Shown here piece by piece: positions 1-9,970 of a stretch of DNA of 57,504 nt. A model generated the notes under the pieces. The model ran no database searches. It was not told the origin of the DNA and saw nothing but the letters and a program-made list of their open reading frames with translations. Origin of the DNA: a virus (lineage: Duplodnaviria > Caudoviricetes); the IMG/VR virus record IMGVR_UViG_3300048577_000448, positions 1 through 57,504 of that record; one strand, written 5' to 3'. The number at the start of each line of letters is the position of its first letter. Position 1 is the stretch's first letter. A program made the translations under genes and the position numbers.

Positions 1-1104
1 CTACTCTTTTTTACGACACGGTTTACGACAGCCGGCTTCATCAATGCCCACGACCTTGCGCCCAGGTTCCAGTTTTTGGACGTGCAGTTTGGGCATAATT
101 TCCACGGCCCGCGCCTTCTCGGCGGCGTGTGGCTCGTAGTAGTTTTTATGGATCATCTCCACGCTGGTCCCGGCCATGTAGGCTATGGCTGACGGCTCGA
201 TACCTTTGTCCAGGGCCGTGGTTATCCATAGGTGGCGTACGTCGTACATGCACACTGAGTAGGTTAGCCCGACCCTCTTGGCCGCCGTGTCCAACGATGT
301 GTCCAGGCGATCGACGGGCTTACCTTTGTATTCAATCAGGTGCCCGCTCGTGTGGATCTTTTCCTGGATGGCGAGGGAGCGCATAAACCACTCGTCGAGT
401 TGGATAAAGGCCCACTTCCCAACTTTTGAGTGGTAGACTTCGACTCCGTTTCGTCCTGGCTTGACGTTTCGGTCAAACCGCAGCGCGTATAGGTCGGTAG
501 GCCCAGGCCTGCAGGGGATAGCCCAGGCAACGTCCAGCGCCCAGGCAAGATGCGGAGCGCACACGGCTTGGATGCTTTTGAGGTCTTCCAGGGTGAGTTG
601 CGATTTTCGACGCGGTTCCTTTCCGCCTTTCCACTTTGACAGCGGATTGGTTTTCAGGTGGCCCTGCTCAACCCCGTATTCGAATATTGACTTGAGGTAT
701 CCAACGTAGCGGTTCCGAGTGGCTTGCGCCCTCCCGGAATAATTGGCTCCGACAATGGCTATGACGTCAGCTTGAGTGATTCGATGGGCAGGATGTTTGC
801 AAAGTGGCGTGAAAAACACCTTGTTAAAGGTCTCTGTCCACTCAGTTAGCCAGCGATCTTTCCGACCCTGGGCAAGTTTTTGGTTTACCCACAGCTGACA
901 CAATTCGTTTAGGTAAAGACCTTCCCCCCTGGAGATTGGCAGGGGTTCATCATGCGCCTTTTTGTAGTCGATCTCGGTTGCGAATTTCCTGGCCTCCTCC
1001 TTGGCTTTCACTCCTTTACCGAATGATCTTGTCCTGCCCCTGCCTTGCTCGTCGCGGTAGGAAACAACGTGGTAGCCGGCCTTGGTCTTTGTGGCTTTTG
1101 CCAT
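1..1104 (-). CDS. int: Tyrosine recombinase / phage integrase
   Basis: 367 aa; N-terminal arm-binding-like segment, catalytic R (PCRPG), YDVRH box II variant, C-terminal Y (HKNYY). Confidence 0.9.
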   Translation of the reverse strand: MAKATKTKAGYHVVSYRDEQGRGRTRSFGKGVKAKEEARKFATEIDYKKAHDEPLPISRGEGLYLNELCQLWVNQKLAQGRKDRWLTEWTETFNKVFFTPLCKHPAHRITQADVIAIVGANYSGRAQATRNRYVGYLKSIFEYGVEQGHLKTNPLSKWKGGKEPRRKSQLTLEDLKSIQAVCAPHLAWALDVAWAIPCRPGPTDLYALRFDRNVKPGRNGVEVYHSKVGKWAFIQLDEWFMRSLAIQEKIHTSGHLIEYKGKPVDRLDTSLDTAAKRVGLTYSVCMYDVRHLWITTALDKGIEPSAIAYMAGTSVEMIHKNYYEPHAAEKARAVEIMPKLHVQKLEPGRKVVGIDEAGCRKPCRKKE

Positions 1105-1109
1105 GGTAG

Positions 1110-1355
1110 CTATCCTCCTTTGCGGACAACTACCGGCTTGAGATTACGCCGTCTACCGGGGGTGTTTTTCTCTGCTTTGGCGAAGCTGGATGGCGACTCC
1201 ATGAACGCGTCCAAGATCGACCGGGCAAACCGGCTTTTGTCTGGGCCACATCTAGGGAGGTCGTACTCCTTGAGCTTCCGCCTGAAGGTGTCTGGGTGAT
1301 ACCCGCACCATTCTGCGGCCTTTTTGAAGTTGAAGAACGGTCCTTCGACGTTCAA
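1110..1355 (-). CDS. Excisionase-like HTH protein
   Basis: 81 aa, FKKAAEWCGYHPDTFRR MerR/Xis-type HTH directly upstream of the integrase. Confidence 0.7.
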   Translation of the reverse strand: MNVEGPFFNFKKAAEWCGYHPDTFRRKLKEYDLPRCGPDKSRFARSILDAFMESPSSFAKAEKNTPGRRRNLKPVVVRKGG

Positions 1356-1357
1356 CC

Positions 1358-3434
1358 CTAGCCCTCCTTTTTAGGATCCTCCAAATAATCCCGACACCCG
1401 CCGCGCCCTCTGTCCGACCACCTGGGCGTGATCCAGCCGCAGCCGTCCGTCTCGGGCGTGGTGTAGCGCAGGCAGCGGTCACAGACGGGGTGGTCTCGGC
1501 CGAGGCATTTAGGGGTGGTAGTTTTTGTCATGGACCATCCTTTTCATTTCCAGTAGACCGAAGTTGGCCATGCTGCCGAACTCGACTTGTGCCATTCGGA
1601 ATGGGAACAGCACCCACCAGAAGCACATGCCGACAGAATAGAGGGTGAGGTAGCCGAGGAAGGCCAGCCACCATTTAATCGCTGCCATTGACAACTCCCA
1701 TCGCCCGCTTCGCCAACGCAACACTCACATGCAACGGCGGGGCCTTGTCCGGGTCTTTCGTCGCCTGCGCCGGGACGCCGAGGAGGTCCAGGGCGCGACG
1801 GAGGCGGGCGATCTGTGCCTCGTATTGCTGGCGCATATAGATAACATCGTCGGCACTACGCTCGACGTAGTCGGTAAATGCTTGGTCAGATATTGGCATC
1901 ACGCTCCTCCTTGCTATCGCCTGCGCGCACCCGCATCTCACGCTCAATAAATGCGGTGAATTGACGGAGACGACTGTGCCCACCGGCCAAAAGGAATTCT
2001 GTCAACTCTCCCAAGGAATCAGCAACAATATTTTGCTCTATATCGTGGGCCAAGTCGTTCCCAACCCTAGAGGACGAGTCGAAATCAAATGATGCCCATC
2101 GGCCAGATGGAAATCCGTCCGGGGTTACTTTCATATCAGCCATCACGCGCCTCCTTAACTTCGAACAAGTTTTTTATTGGCCGCCACCACGTCCGTACCT
2201 CACATGTTGACGGATCGTAGCAGTGTAGTTCTGCGATGTTTATTAACGGGTCACGACGGCCAACGACGCCCTCTACTCCCCATCCGTTGTCGGCACAGCG
2301 CGTCCCTGTAAGCGCGAATTCGACGTAATTATCGTCCATCACGAGCCTCCTTGTAGGCTTCGCAGGCGTTCCACACGCGTTCACTTGCGACTGTTTTGGA
2401 TTCTTTCCACAACGCATCCGCCGCCTCGCGCACCTTGAGCAGCGCGTCACGCTCGGCCAGCATATCGTTGAGCGCCAGATGGACGGCCGTTTCCTTGCTC
2501 TCGGCGACGGCCTTGGCGTTGCGCCAGTCGGCGGCCTCTTGGCGTAGGGCGTCGTTTTCCCGCCTCAGCAACACTATGGCGTCAATAATAGATTCGTTGT
2601 CGTTGTCGCATTCAAGCGTGTCAGCAACATGCCTAAACTCTTTAGCGAATCTGTCAGCGATAGAGTTTGCGGTGTCCCGCTCTAGCTTCAGCGCCGCTAT
2701 CTCTTGTCGTGCGGCGTCCAGGTCTATTTGGTAGTCCAGGCAGAGCGCGTTTAGCTCGTTTTCTCGTGCGGACAGCGACGCTATCTCGGCTAGAAGTCCC
2801 TTCCCTGTCGTATCGCCCATTGTCTTCTCCATTCACCGCTTCCCGTAGTGTGACGTTTATCAGTTCAGCCGCCCGACCCTCACTGTTCCATCCGTCGCAG
2901 GCGTCGTATTCGGCGATGACGGAGGTGATGAGGGCGCGGAGTCGGGCTATCTCGGCGTCCTTGGCGGAAAGCATACCCCGAAGGTGCACAATCTCTTGGA
3001 GTGATCCTACTGGTGGCATGTTTGCTTCAAACGGTTCCATCCTACCCCACCTCCTTGAGGGCGTTGCCGACGATGCTTTCAGCTTCAAGCTGAGATTCGT
3101 AGAGCCGCACAAAGTCGGCCGGGCCACTTTGCCGATTATGGCGAAAGTTCGACGTGATGCGATTCGCTCGGCTGGAAAGTTTGTCCAACGCCTCCCGTAG
3201 CCTCGCGTTATCCTGCATCACTTCGACAAGTCGCTGGTTGTGCCAGTGCAGCGACTTGGCGTTCCGCTTGGACTGCTCCTCCATCCCCTGGACGACGCCG
3301 GCCAGACGGTCGCGGTCGGATTGGAGTTTGAGATACCAGCCGCACGGCTTAATTGTTAGGAGTTGGCCGGATTCGGAGCAAGTGGCGTCACACATTAGTT
3401 TCTCTCCAGAACTCTTATGGACATGATACACCAA
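1358..3434 (-). other. Run of small, tightly coupled hypothetical early genes (approx. 1358-1531, 1675-1899, 1886-2146, 2136-2339, 2329-2832, 3042-3434)
   Basis: Overlapping stop/start junctions with GGAG/GAGG Shine-Dalgarnos; 2329-2832 is coiled-coil-like. Confidence 0.6.
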
Positions 3435-3676
3435 CCTCCTTGAAGCCCGTATGCTGGTCCGTTAAGAATAAACGTAACCAGTGCCTCAATGCGTCGTCCT
3501 GTGTATTGCAGCATGTGCCCTTTGCGCATCTCCGCTCCAGATGACTTAGTTTCTCGGAGGGATAGCTTGTCGCCAACCTGAAAGTTTCGGTCGTTCCTTC
3601 TTATTTCCCAGTTCTTATTACCGTCATAGACCGCCTGAAACACGTCTGGATCAGTCTTTAACTCATGGATCATCAC
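3395..3676 (-). CDS. ASCH/PUA-like (DUF3850-type) protein
   Basis: IHELKT..FQAV.DG.K.WEIR.NDRNFQVGD.L.LRE signature. Confidence 0.8.
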   Translation of the reverse strand: MMIHELKTDPDVFQAVYDGNKNWEIRRNDRNFQVGDKLSLRETKSSGAEMRKGHMLQYTGRRIEALVTFILNGPAYGLQGGWCIMSIRVLERN

Positions 3677-4011
3677 TCACCTCCCGCTGCGCGCTTCTCC
3701 ACGACGTCCTGCAATATCTTCACGTCGCCAACCTTGAACGAATGAATCTTGAATTCCTCACCAAGCTCTCCGTTCTTCTTGACTGGACGACAAATCAGCG
3801 AGGCCCCGTAGTCTTCACAGAATCCTGTGATCTTTCCTGTGCGTTCGCCCTGACCATGTTGGTACGAGATTGTTTGCCCGACCTTAAAGCCTCGTCCGGT
3901 CAGAATGACTTCTGCTCGCTCGTCTTTTAATTCGGAGACGCGCTTTTCGTGCTTCTGTATCTGGTACTCAAGCTGTCCGATCTCGCCATTGATGGCGTCT
4001 ACGGTGCGCAT
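3673..4011 (-). CDS. Hypothetical protein (coiled coil plus SH3-like beta domain)
   Basis: 112 aa ORF coupled to both neighbours. Confidence 0.55.
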   Translation of the reverse strand: MRTVDAINGEIGQLEYQIQKHEKRVSELKDERAEVILTGRGFKVGQTISYQHGQGERTGKITGFCEDYGASLICRPVKKNGELGEEFKIHSFKVGDVKILQDVVEKRAAGGE

Positions 4012-4589
4012 TACTGTTCCCCTCTCTTCGGCGCATACTCCGGGTTATCGCTGTCCCACACTGGCAACCCAACCACCTTCCAGTGCCGTACGCCCTTCAC
4101 CCGTCCGCACATCCGCGGCTCGTTGCAGATGCCGCCCTGCCAGAAGCAGTTAGGCATCATCACGCGGGCAAGGGCAGGGTCACAGGCGCGGACGCCTTCA
4201 AGTATCAGTCCAATGATCTCGTTGGTGATATTGTGTGCCTTGAAGCACAGTCGCCACCGGGCCACGTTGATAACGGCCTGGGCATTGAGAATCATCATGT
4301 GCTTGGTCGGCGTGAGACGAGTAACAACGGCATCGCCATCGCCGCCACGGTCGTCACGGTGGGTCAACGCACCCTGGAAATCGAAACCAACGCCGTGGCG
4401 CAGGAGGTGCGTCGAGTAAGCGACGGGCAGGTCGTCCATCTGAACCTCGAAAATCTGTGACCGAATAGGCGAGTGTTGCGCGACATACATCGTCAACGGA
4501 TCAATGCCGGCGCAGCCGTTGCGGACGGTGGCGGCTGCGGCCCGGCGCAGTGTGTCGTAGTCGGTGATCTTGGTGACGGTTACTTGCAT
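4011..4589 (-). CDS. ThyX-like FAD-dependent thymidylate synthase
   Basis: HSPIRS, STHLLRH and RLC motifs resemble short phage ThyX-like proteins. Confidence 0.6.
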   Translation of the reverse strand: MQVTVTKITDYDTLRRAAAATVRNGCAGIDPLTMYVAQHSPIRSQIFEVQMDDLPVAYSTHLLRHGVGFDFQGALTHRDDRGGDGDAVVTRLTPTKHMMILNAQAVINVARWRLCFKAHNITNEIIGLILEGVRACDPALARVMMPNCFWQGGICNEPRMCGRVKGVRHWKVVGLPVWDSDNPEYAPKRGEQ

Positions 4590-7200
4590 CTAATCCTCCC
4601 TTGTCGTATCGAACCAGCTTTCAAAGTCTCCAGCGTCAAGGCATCCATCTAGCATGTCTTGACCTCCATCATTCTCTTTCTTCTCAAAGCCAGGGCAACG
4701 AGACGGGACACAATGCCCGCCAGTAGCGAGGCATCCTGGGCCATCGTATGAGTTGCCCCACGGATCAGCGACGACGTAATGGTAGTATTTGCAATCATCC
4801 ATAATGCGCCTCCGCATCGGGCGTCATGGTGAGCAGGGCGACGTGTATGGTGGTGGGTGGCATTATTTCAAGAACTCCTTTTGCAGCATCATAGAAACGG
4901 AAACGTGAACTTTGGCCTCTGCCTCACCGCACGATATGAGCGGGACAATTCCGAACTCTATTCGCCGCTTCGCCAGTTCTTGCGCCAGCCGGATTTGATT
5001 CCGAAGAAACGCCAAGTCCGCATCGGCGTTGTGATTGTCACCGTGTTGCATCTTCAACCTCCACAACCACCTCGACTTCCTCTGTCGCGGGCAAGTCGGC
5101 GATGAGTGAGGACAAGGATGCGGCCCTATAAGCACCAAGCGAGTTCATTTCTCCGACATGACGAAGCAACGCGGCCCCTATCGCTTCTTCAACCGTGTTC
5201 GTGTTATGGACCCCCAAGACAATGGAAGATTTTTCGCCTTTAGCTGTGTCTTCCAAAAGCTGCAAAGCGACAACGAACGCCTTCCCCTGCGGTGGCGTCT
5301 GCTTCTTCCCGCGCATCCGGTCGATCTCGTCGCAGAGGGCGAAAACGTCATTTCCGTCGTAGTCGCTTGGACCGACCTTACGTCTCATCTCGTTGGTATC
5401 AATCGGCTTATTCATTGGGTTGATCCTTTGCCTTCGTGTTGTGCTTTGGGCACAAACAGTCATAATACTCCCAGGTGTTGCACAACATATCGCCCGTGAT
5501 GCCGGCTGAGTAACTAGCAGCACCAGACTCAACATCCTTACAAGAGACATACTGTCCACATTCGTCGCACCTGGCACGCCCGTTCTTATCAATCATCGTC
5601 CTGCTCCTTGGCGTCGAGGATGTTTTGGATAATGCCTACAAGTCTCGGGACATTGTAAACATAGGGATCGTCTTGCAGTTCCTTCATCGCGGATTCCAGT
5701 TCCCCCACCCGTCGCTGCAATTCCTCGTTGCGGTCGAGGAGGTGCATGAGGTCTTCTGTTGCCTTTATGTCCATCTTTCCAGTCCGATTATTGACATATT
5801 TGGCGTCTTCCTTGAACAACCGCGCCTTGATCTCTTCTTCCCTGGTCATGCTATTTCTCCCACCCGGGCACATTAGCGGAGACGAGCGACTTTATGAGCA
5901 TATCAAGGTTTAGACCTATGGCGTCACTTAGGCATTCCCCAGCTAATCCACTAGCGCTTTGGAATTTAAAGTTTCGGTAGCACACAAGTTCCGAGGCTAT
6001 CTCACTTGATTTTTCCGCTACAGCCTCCAACTTCCTCACCCGCTCCACCAGCAGCCGCAGCCAATCGGGCGCGTTGGCGATGAGGTGGGCGTTGGCAGCA
6101 GACGTAGGACCGTTACCAGTCAGTGCGACAACAAGATCGTCTTCAGTACCAACAAAATAGCAAACGTCGCCAGCGCCATCGTTGTCGAGCAACTTGGCAA
6201 CCTCAGCCTTGAGCCATTCCCTGTCGGTTTCGGCGTAGCGGCAGAATGTCCAATCACCTTTCTTTCTTTCGCCAAGCGCCCTTGTGATCTCGTCCAGGTT
6301 CACACCCATCCCGCCACCTCCATAACTCTCAAGTACAGTCTAGCCCCGGCCACTTCCGCCCGCGCCGGGTTCCTGGCCCTGCCAATACTCACCACGACGC
6401 GCTGGCCGACTTCAGCCGCTCGTACAGCTCCTTGCCCGGCTCCCACGACGCATCAGCCCATTCCTCGCCCTCGTAGCTGCGGAACAGCCCGTCCAGCAGG
6501 TTCATGATCGGCCGCCACGCCAGCGCCAGGTCGTCCCGTCCGAACTCCTTGGCCTCGACGTGCAGGTCGGTTGACCAGCCCAGTCCGACGATCAGCCAAC
6601 ACAGGCCGTCCGTGCGCGCAGGCATGGCGTTGACGATGGCTAGAAGCCCTTGAAGGCTGCGTTGATACTGCCGGAACTCGCTGTGAGTGCGGAACCTCCA
6701 GCCGCCGTCAGGGCTGCGATCTCCCAGGGTGCATTGCAGCCGGGACAGCAGTTCGCCCAGGCGTTTGCGAGCCTTGTGCGTCCCTTCGACATTCTCGAAT
6801 CCGGTATGGACGGCGCTGATAATGTCCGCTCCGATAAGGTGACGGCGACCGGCGCGAGAGGTGGCGACGTAGCGGACGGGCTTGTAGACGTACCTGTAGC
6901 CCGGCGCGATGAGCTGGTTGTGGCGGTTGTTGGGAAAGATGGTCATGGCCGGACCTTTGGGTTGCAGCTTTCCCCCATGTGATCGCGCACAGCCTGCTTC
7001 CCGGCATCTGTGACGTGGAAATACTGAAGACCGCCGGGGATTGACCGGCCGCGCATCATCATCCCCATTCCGACAAGGGCGCACATGTCTGGGTCGTCAT
7101 GTTCTGCGGCATAGTAGTTGCGATACCAGTCTCCGTTGCCGGAGCTGCCGTCTAGCGAGTGTTTAATTTGCTCGATCTGGACTTCAGTCGGAGATCCCAT
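4590..7200 (-). other. Run of small hypothetical early genes (approx. 4590-4817, 4863-5051, 5038-5415, 5408-5596, 5589-5849, 5851-6309, 6389-6946, 6943-7200)
   Basis: Contiguous - strand ORFs with overlapping junctions; 5851-6309 carries the ANAHLIANAPDWL motif typical of Ead/Ea22-like phage proteins. Confidence 0.55.
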
Positions 7201-7213
7201 ACGTCATCCTCCC

Positions 7214-7239
7214 AATAAAAAAGCCGACCATGGGCCGGC
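7214..7239 (-). terminator. Intrinsic terminator in the early operon
   Basis: - strand GCCGGCC-CAT-GGTCGGC followed by TTTTTTATT. Confidence 0.65.
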
Positions 7240-7259
7240 GTTGCGTGTTGTGGCTTCTG

Positions 7260-7384
7260 CCGAGGCTGCGAGGTGGCCGTTTGCGGTTCGGCTTTTTGCT
7301 CCCAGGCTCCCGCGTTGGATGCGGGTTGCATTATGGAGTCTGGCCGGCGTGGCGCGCTTTCCACGCCGCACCTCACAACCCCGG
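7260..7384 (-). ncRNA. Structured RNA motif, copy B
   Basis: 16-bp outer stem CCGGGGUUGUGAGGUG/CACCUCGCAGCCUCGG with G-U pairs, GCGUG-GAAAGCGCGC-CACGC arm, GCCG-loop-CGGC arm. Confidence 0.7.
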
Positions 7385-7412
7385 CAGAAACCGGCCCCGA
7401 AGGGCCGGGTGG

Positions 7413-7598
7413 TTACTTTTTGAACTCATCCCCGAGCTTCCGGTCCATGAAGTCGGCGACCTTTCCCTTCGCTTGCTCCAGGAGCAAGACGGCGTCGGTG
7501 AGCAAAGGGTCGGCCCATCCGAGTCCTTCCACCGTGGCAATGGCGTCCTGGATCGCCTTTTCGCCCGGCGTGTGCATGCTGATGTTATTGCGTCTCAT
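7413..7598 (-). CDS. Hypothetical protein
   Basis: 61 aa, GGAGGAAG Shine-Dalgarno; EKAIQDAIATVEGLG..PLLTDAVLLL resembles a recurrent small phage protein. Confidence 0.6.
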   Translation of the reverse strand: MRRNNISMHTPGEKAIQDAIATVEGLGWADPLLTDAVLLLEQAKGKVADFMDRKLGDEFKK

Positions 7599-8167
7599 GA
7601 GGACTTCCTCCGGTTGATGTTGTATGTTCTCCGGCCCCTCGCGGGACAGGGCCGGTCAGGGGCGGGGCTAGGCGATGTGGTCCCAGGTCGGAATTTTTGT
7701 GACCTTAGCAGCGATGCCGGGCGAAATCTCCTCGGCGTCGCTGAAGTCTTTGGACCCATCGAGAAAGAACTCCGAATGGTCGGCCAGAGCATTGTTCGCC
7801 AACTCCACCGGTTGACCAGGCTGTGCCACGCCTTCGAAGACGGTTATTTCGACTTCGGCCGTGTAGCGATAACGGTACGTGTGGGTGACCATCACTTCCC
7901 CCTCTTTATCTTTCCGTGCCCCAAACAGTATCCACGGCCGCACACAGGGCACTTGTACGTCCGGATGTTGCTGCCTCTAGCCTTCCATCGCATCGCACGC
8001 CTGGCCTCTGTCCACGACGCGTAGTGTTCTTTGTAGCGGCAGGCGTCAGCGCGACAGTTGGCGCGTGGTGGCATGGCCGGCCTCCTTGCGTTTAGCGTCG
8101 GCCCTGGCCCTGGCGATAACGTCCATGAGGCGCGCCAAGGCGTCGTCGGTGGTAAGTGGGGTGGTGT

Positions 8168-8845
8168 TCATGCGGCCTTCTCTCCAAGCACGAACCTTGC
8201 TTCGTCGTAGTGCATCATCGCCCACAAGTTGCGGGTAAGCTCAACGTCCTGGCGGCAGTACGCCGATATTTCGTCGATCTTCCCAGCCCGCCAGTAGTCG
8301 AACACCTGGGAGCCATCCATGCCGGCGGTCTTACCTTCGATGCCCAGGAACTTGGCGAAATCGTCAAGCGTTCCCTCGCCGCGATAGTCCGCGCCCAACC
8401 ATTGTTCTCGCAGGTCCACGACGCGCTTGTCATAACGTTCCCAAGGGAAGAACGAGGCCATGGCCGGAATGCGGTACTTGTAGGCGCGGTGGCGAAGCCA
8501 GTTGTTGTCAAAGGACCGGCAGTTGAATCCCACTATGGCCGGCCGGGACGTCTGCCCCAGGTCGGCGCGCAGCCTGGTCCAAAAGTCCACGACAAGACCT
8601 TCCTCGTCGCTGCCGTCGTGCTGGACACTTTGAGCCGGCTCACCGTCGATGGCCCATCCGATGACGAGGATGCGGCCCTTGTGCGACTTCAGGGCTTCCT
8701 TGCGCCACTCGGATTCGACGGCCTCGCGTTGGTAGGCGGCGATCTTGTCGTGGTCTTTGTAGTTGGCCGGGGCCTTGATCGTGGACGGATCGGGCGGCGT
8801 GGCGCTGGGGATAGTCTCAAGGTCCAATGTGATCATGTTAGGCAT
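8168..8845 (-). CDS. 3'-5' exonuclease (DEDD / PolB-exo-like)
   Basis: LDLETIP (Exo I), VGFNCRSFD (Exo II), YCRQDV (Exo III); start placed at MPNMITLD. Confidence 0.85.
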   Translation of the reverse strand: MPNMITLDLETIPSATPPDPSTIKAPANYKDHDKIAAYQREAVESEWRKEALKSHKGRILVIGWAIDGEPAQSVQHDGSDEEGLVVDFWTRLRADLGQTSRPAIVGFNCRSFDNNWLRHRAYKYRIPAMASFFPWERYDKRVVDLREQWLGADYRGEGTLDDFAKFLGIEGKTAGMDGSQVFDYWRAGKIDEISAYCRQDVELTRNLWAMMHYDEARFVLGEKAA

Positions 8846-9794
8846 GGCTCTGTTCTCCCCTCGCGGCTTCCTGCGCCATGAACGCGTCGGTCGCCGGGGT
8901 CGGCTGTTCATCGGCAGGGGGCTCGTCGGCCTGGGGCGGTGTGGTCGGCTGGTCTTCGGGAAGATCGGTCTTGCGGTAGTTGAAGACTTGATAGGCGTCC
9001 TTGGCATTTGGCGCGGCCGCAATCTCGTCCTTGCGAGACGCGAAGTAGGCGGCAAGCTCGGCCCTGGTGGTACATTGCGCACAGGCGACCTTGAGCGCCG
9101 GCAGGTCGATGAAGTCGGCCCCTGTTTCCAGCCACGCCAGCAAGTCTTGTCCTGTCTCAACGTTCGGCACGAACACCTTCCCATCGAACAAACCGGTGCG
9201 ATCCTTGCTCGACGTGGCAAAGTGGCGCTCCACGTCCAGGTCTAGGACGGCCGTAAACTCGTACTCCATTCCGTCGCGCTGCACCGGGGCAAGACCGACC
9301 TTGACAGGTTTGACCTTTCCCGTGCGCTCGTCCTTGACCATGTCGTAGGCCGTCTTGCTGCGCATGGTGGCGATGACGTGGCATTTGGACTGAAGGATGG
9401 CATCCACAAGGGCGTTGTGCTGCGGGGTGATTTCACGCCACGCCGTGAAGTCGTTGCCCTTGCCCTTGCGCTTGTCGACTTCTTCCAGAAGGCCGCCTTG
9501 ACCGGCCCACGGGTGGGTAAGGCTGTCAATGATGACGACGCTGTAACCAGCCTTCTCTGCCGCCAGGAGCGCGTTGATGTACTTTTGCGGGGTGTAGGGC
9601 GGTTCCAGGTCGGCCACGTCGTATTCGCACAGATGGGAATACAGCGACCCGCTGGACCGCTCGGAGTCGATAAACGCGATGTTCCCGCCAAGGCCCTGGG
9701 CTATCAACAGGGCCGAATATGTCTTTCCGCTGCCGCTCGGTCCGCATAAAGCCAGGCGTAACTTGGCCTTCTTTCTTTCCGCTCTCTTGAACAT
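8838..9794 (-). CDS. AAA_24 / Sak4-like recombination ATPase
   Basis: Walker A GPSGSGKT, IDSE, Walker B IIDSLTH; paired with an exonuclease. Confidence 0.85.
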   Translation of the reverse strand: MFKRAERKKAKLRLALCGPSGSGKTYSALLIAQGLGGNIAFIDSERSSGSLYSHLCEYDVADLEPPYTPQKYINALLAAEKAGYSVVIIDSLTHPWAGQGGLLEEVDKRKGKGNDFTAWREITPQHNALVDAILQSKCHVIATMRSKTAYDMVKDERTGKVKPVKVGLAPVQRDGMEYEFTAVLDLDVERHFATSSKDRTGLFDGKVFVPNVETGQDLLAWLETGADFIDLPALKVACAQCTTRAELAAYFASRKDEIAAAPNAKDAYQVFNYRKTDLPEDQPTTPPQADEPPADEQPTPATDAFMAQEAARGEQSHA

Positions 9795-9970
9795 GTCGTT
9801 TCTCCTTGACTACTCGCACACGTCCATGCGAGTCCGTTTGTGTCTGTAGACGCCGGCCTCCTGCCGCTCGATGGTGTCTGGCTGGTCGTCGTCGTCTGTC
9901 CCCGCGCAGGCCGTCACCCTTACCGCCTCGGTGTACCCGCACCGGGGCGGTGGCGTTTCCAGGGTCGGCA

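Noticed and set aside
1-60. att site or terminal repeat
   Set aside because: The window starts at the integrase stop and ends at a start codon; no matching repeat was visible at the two ends
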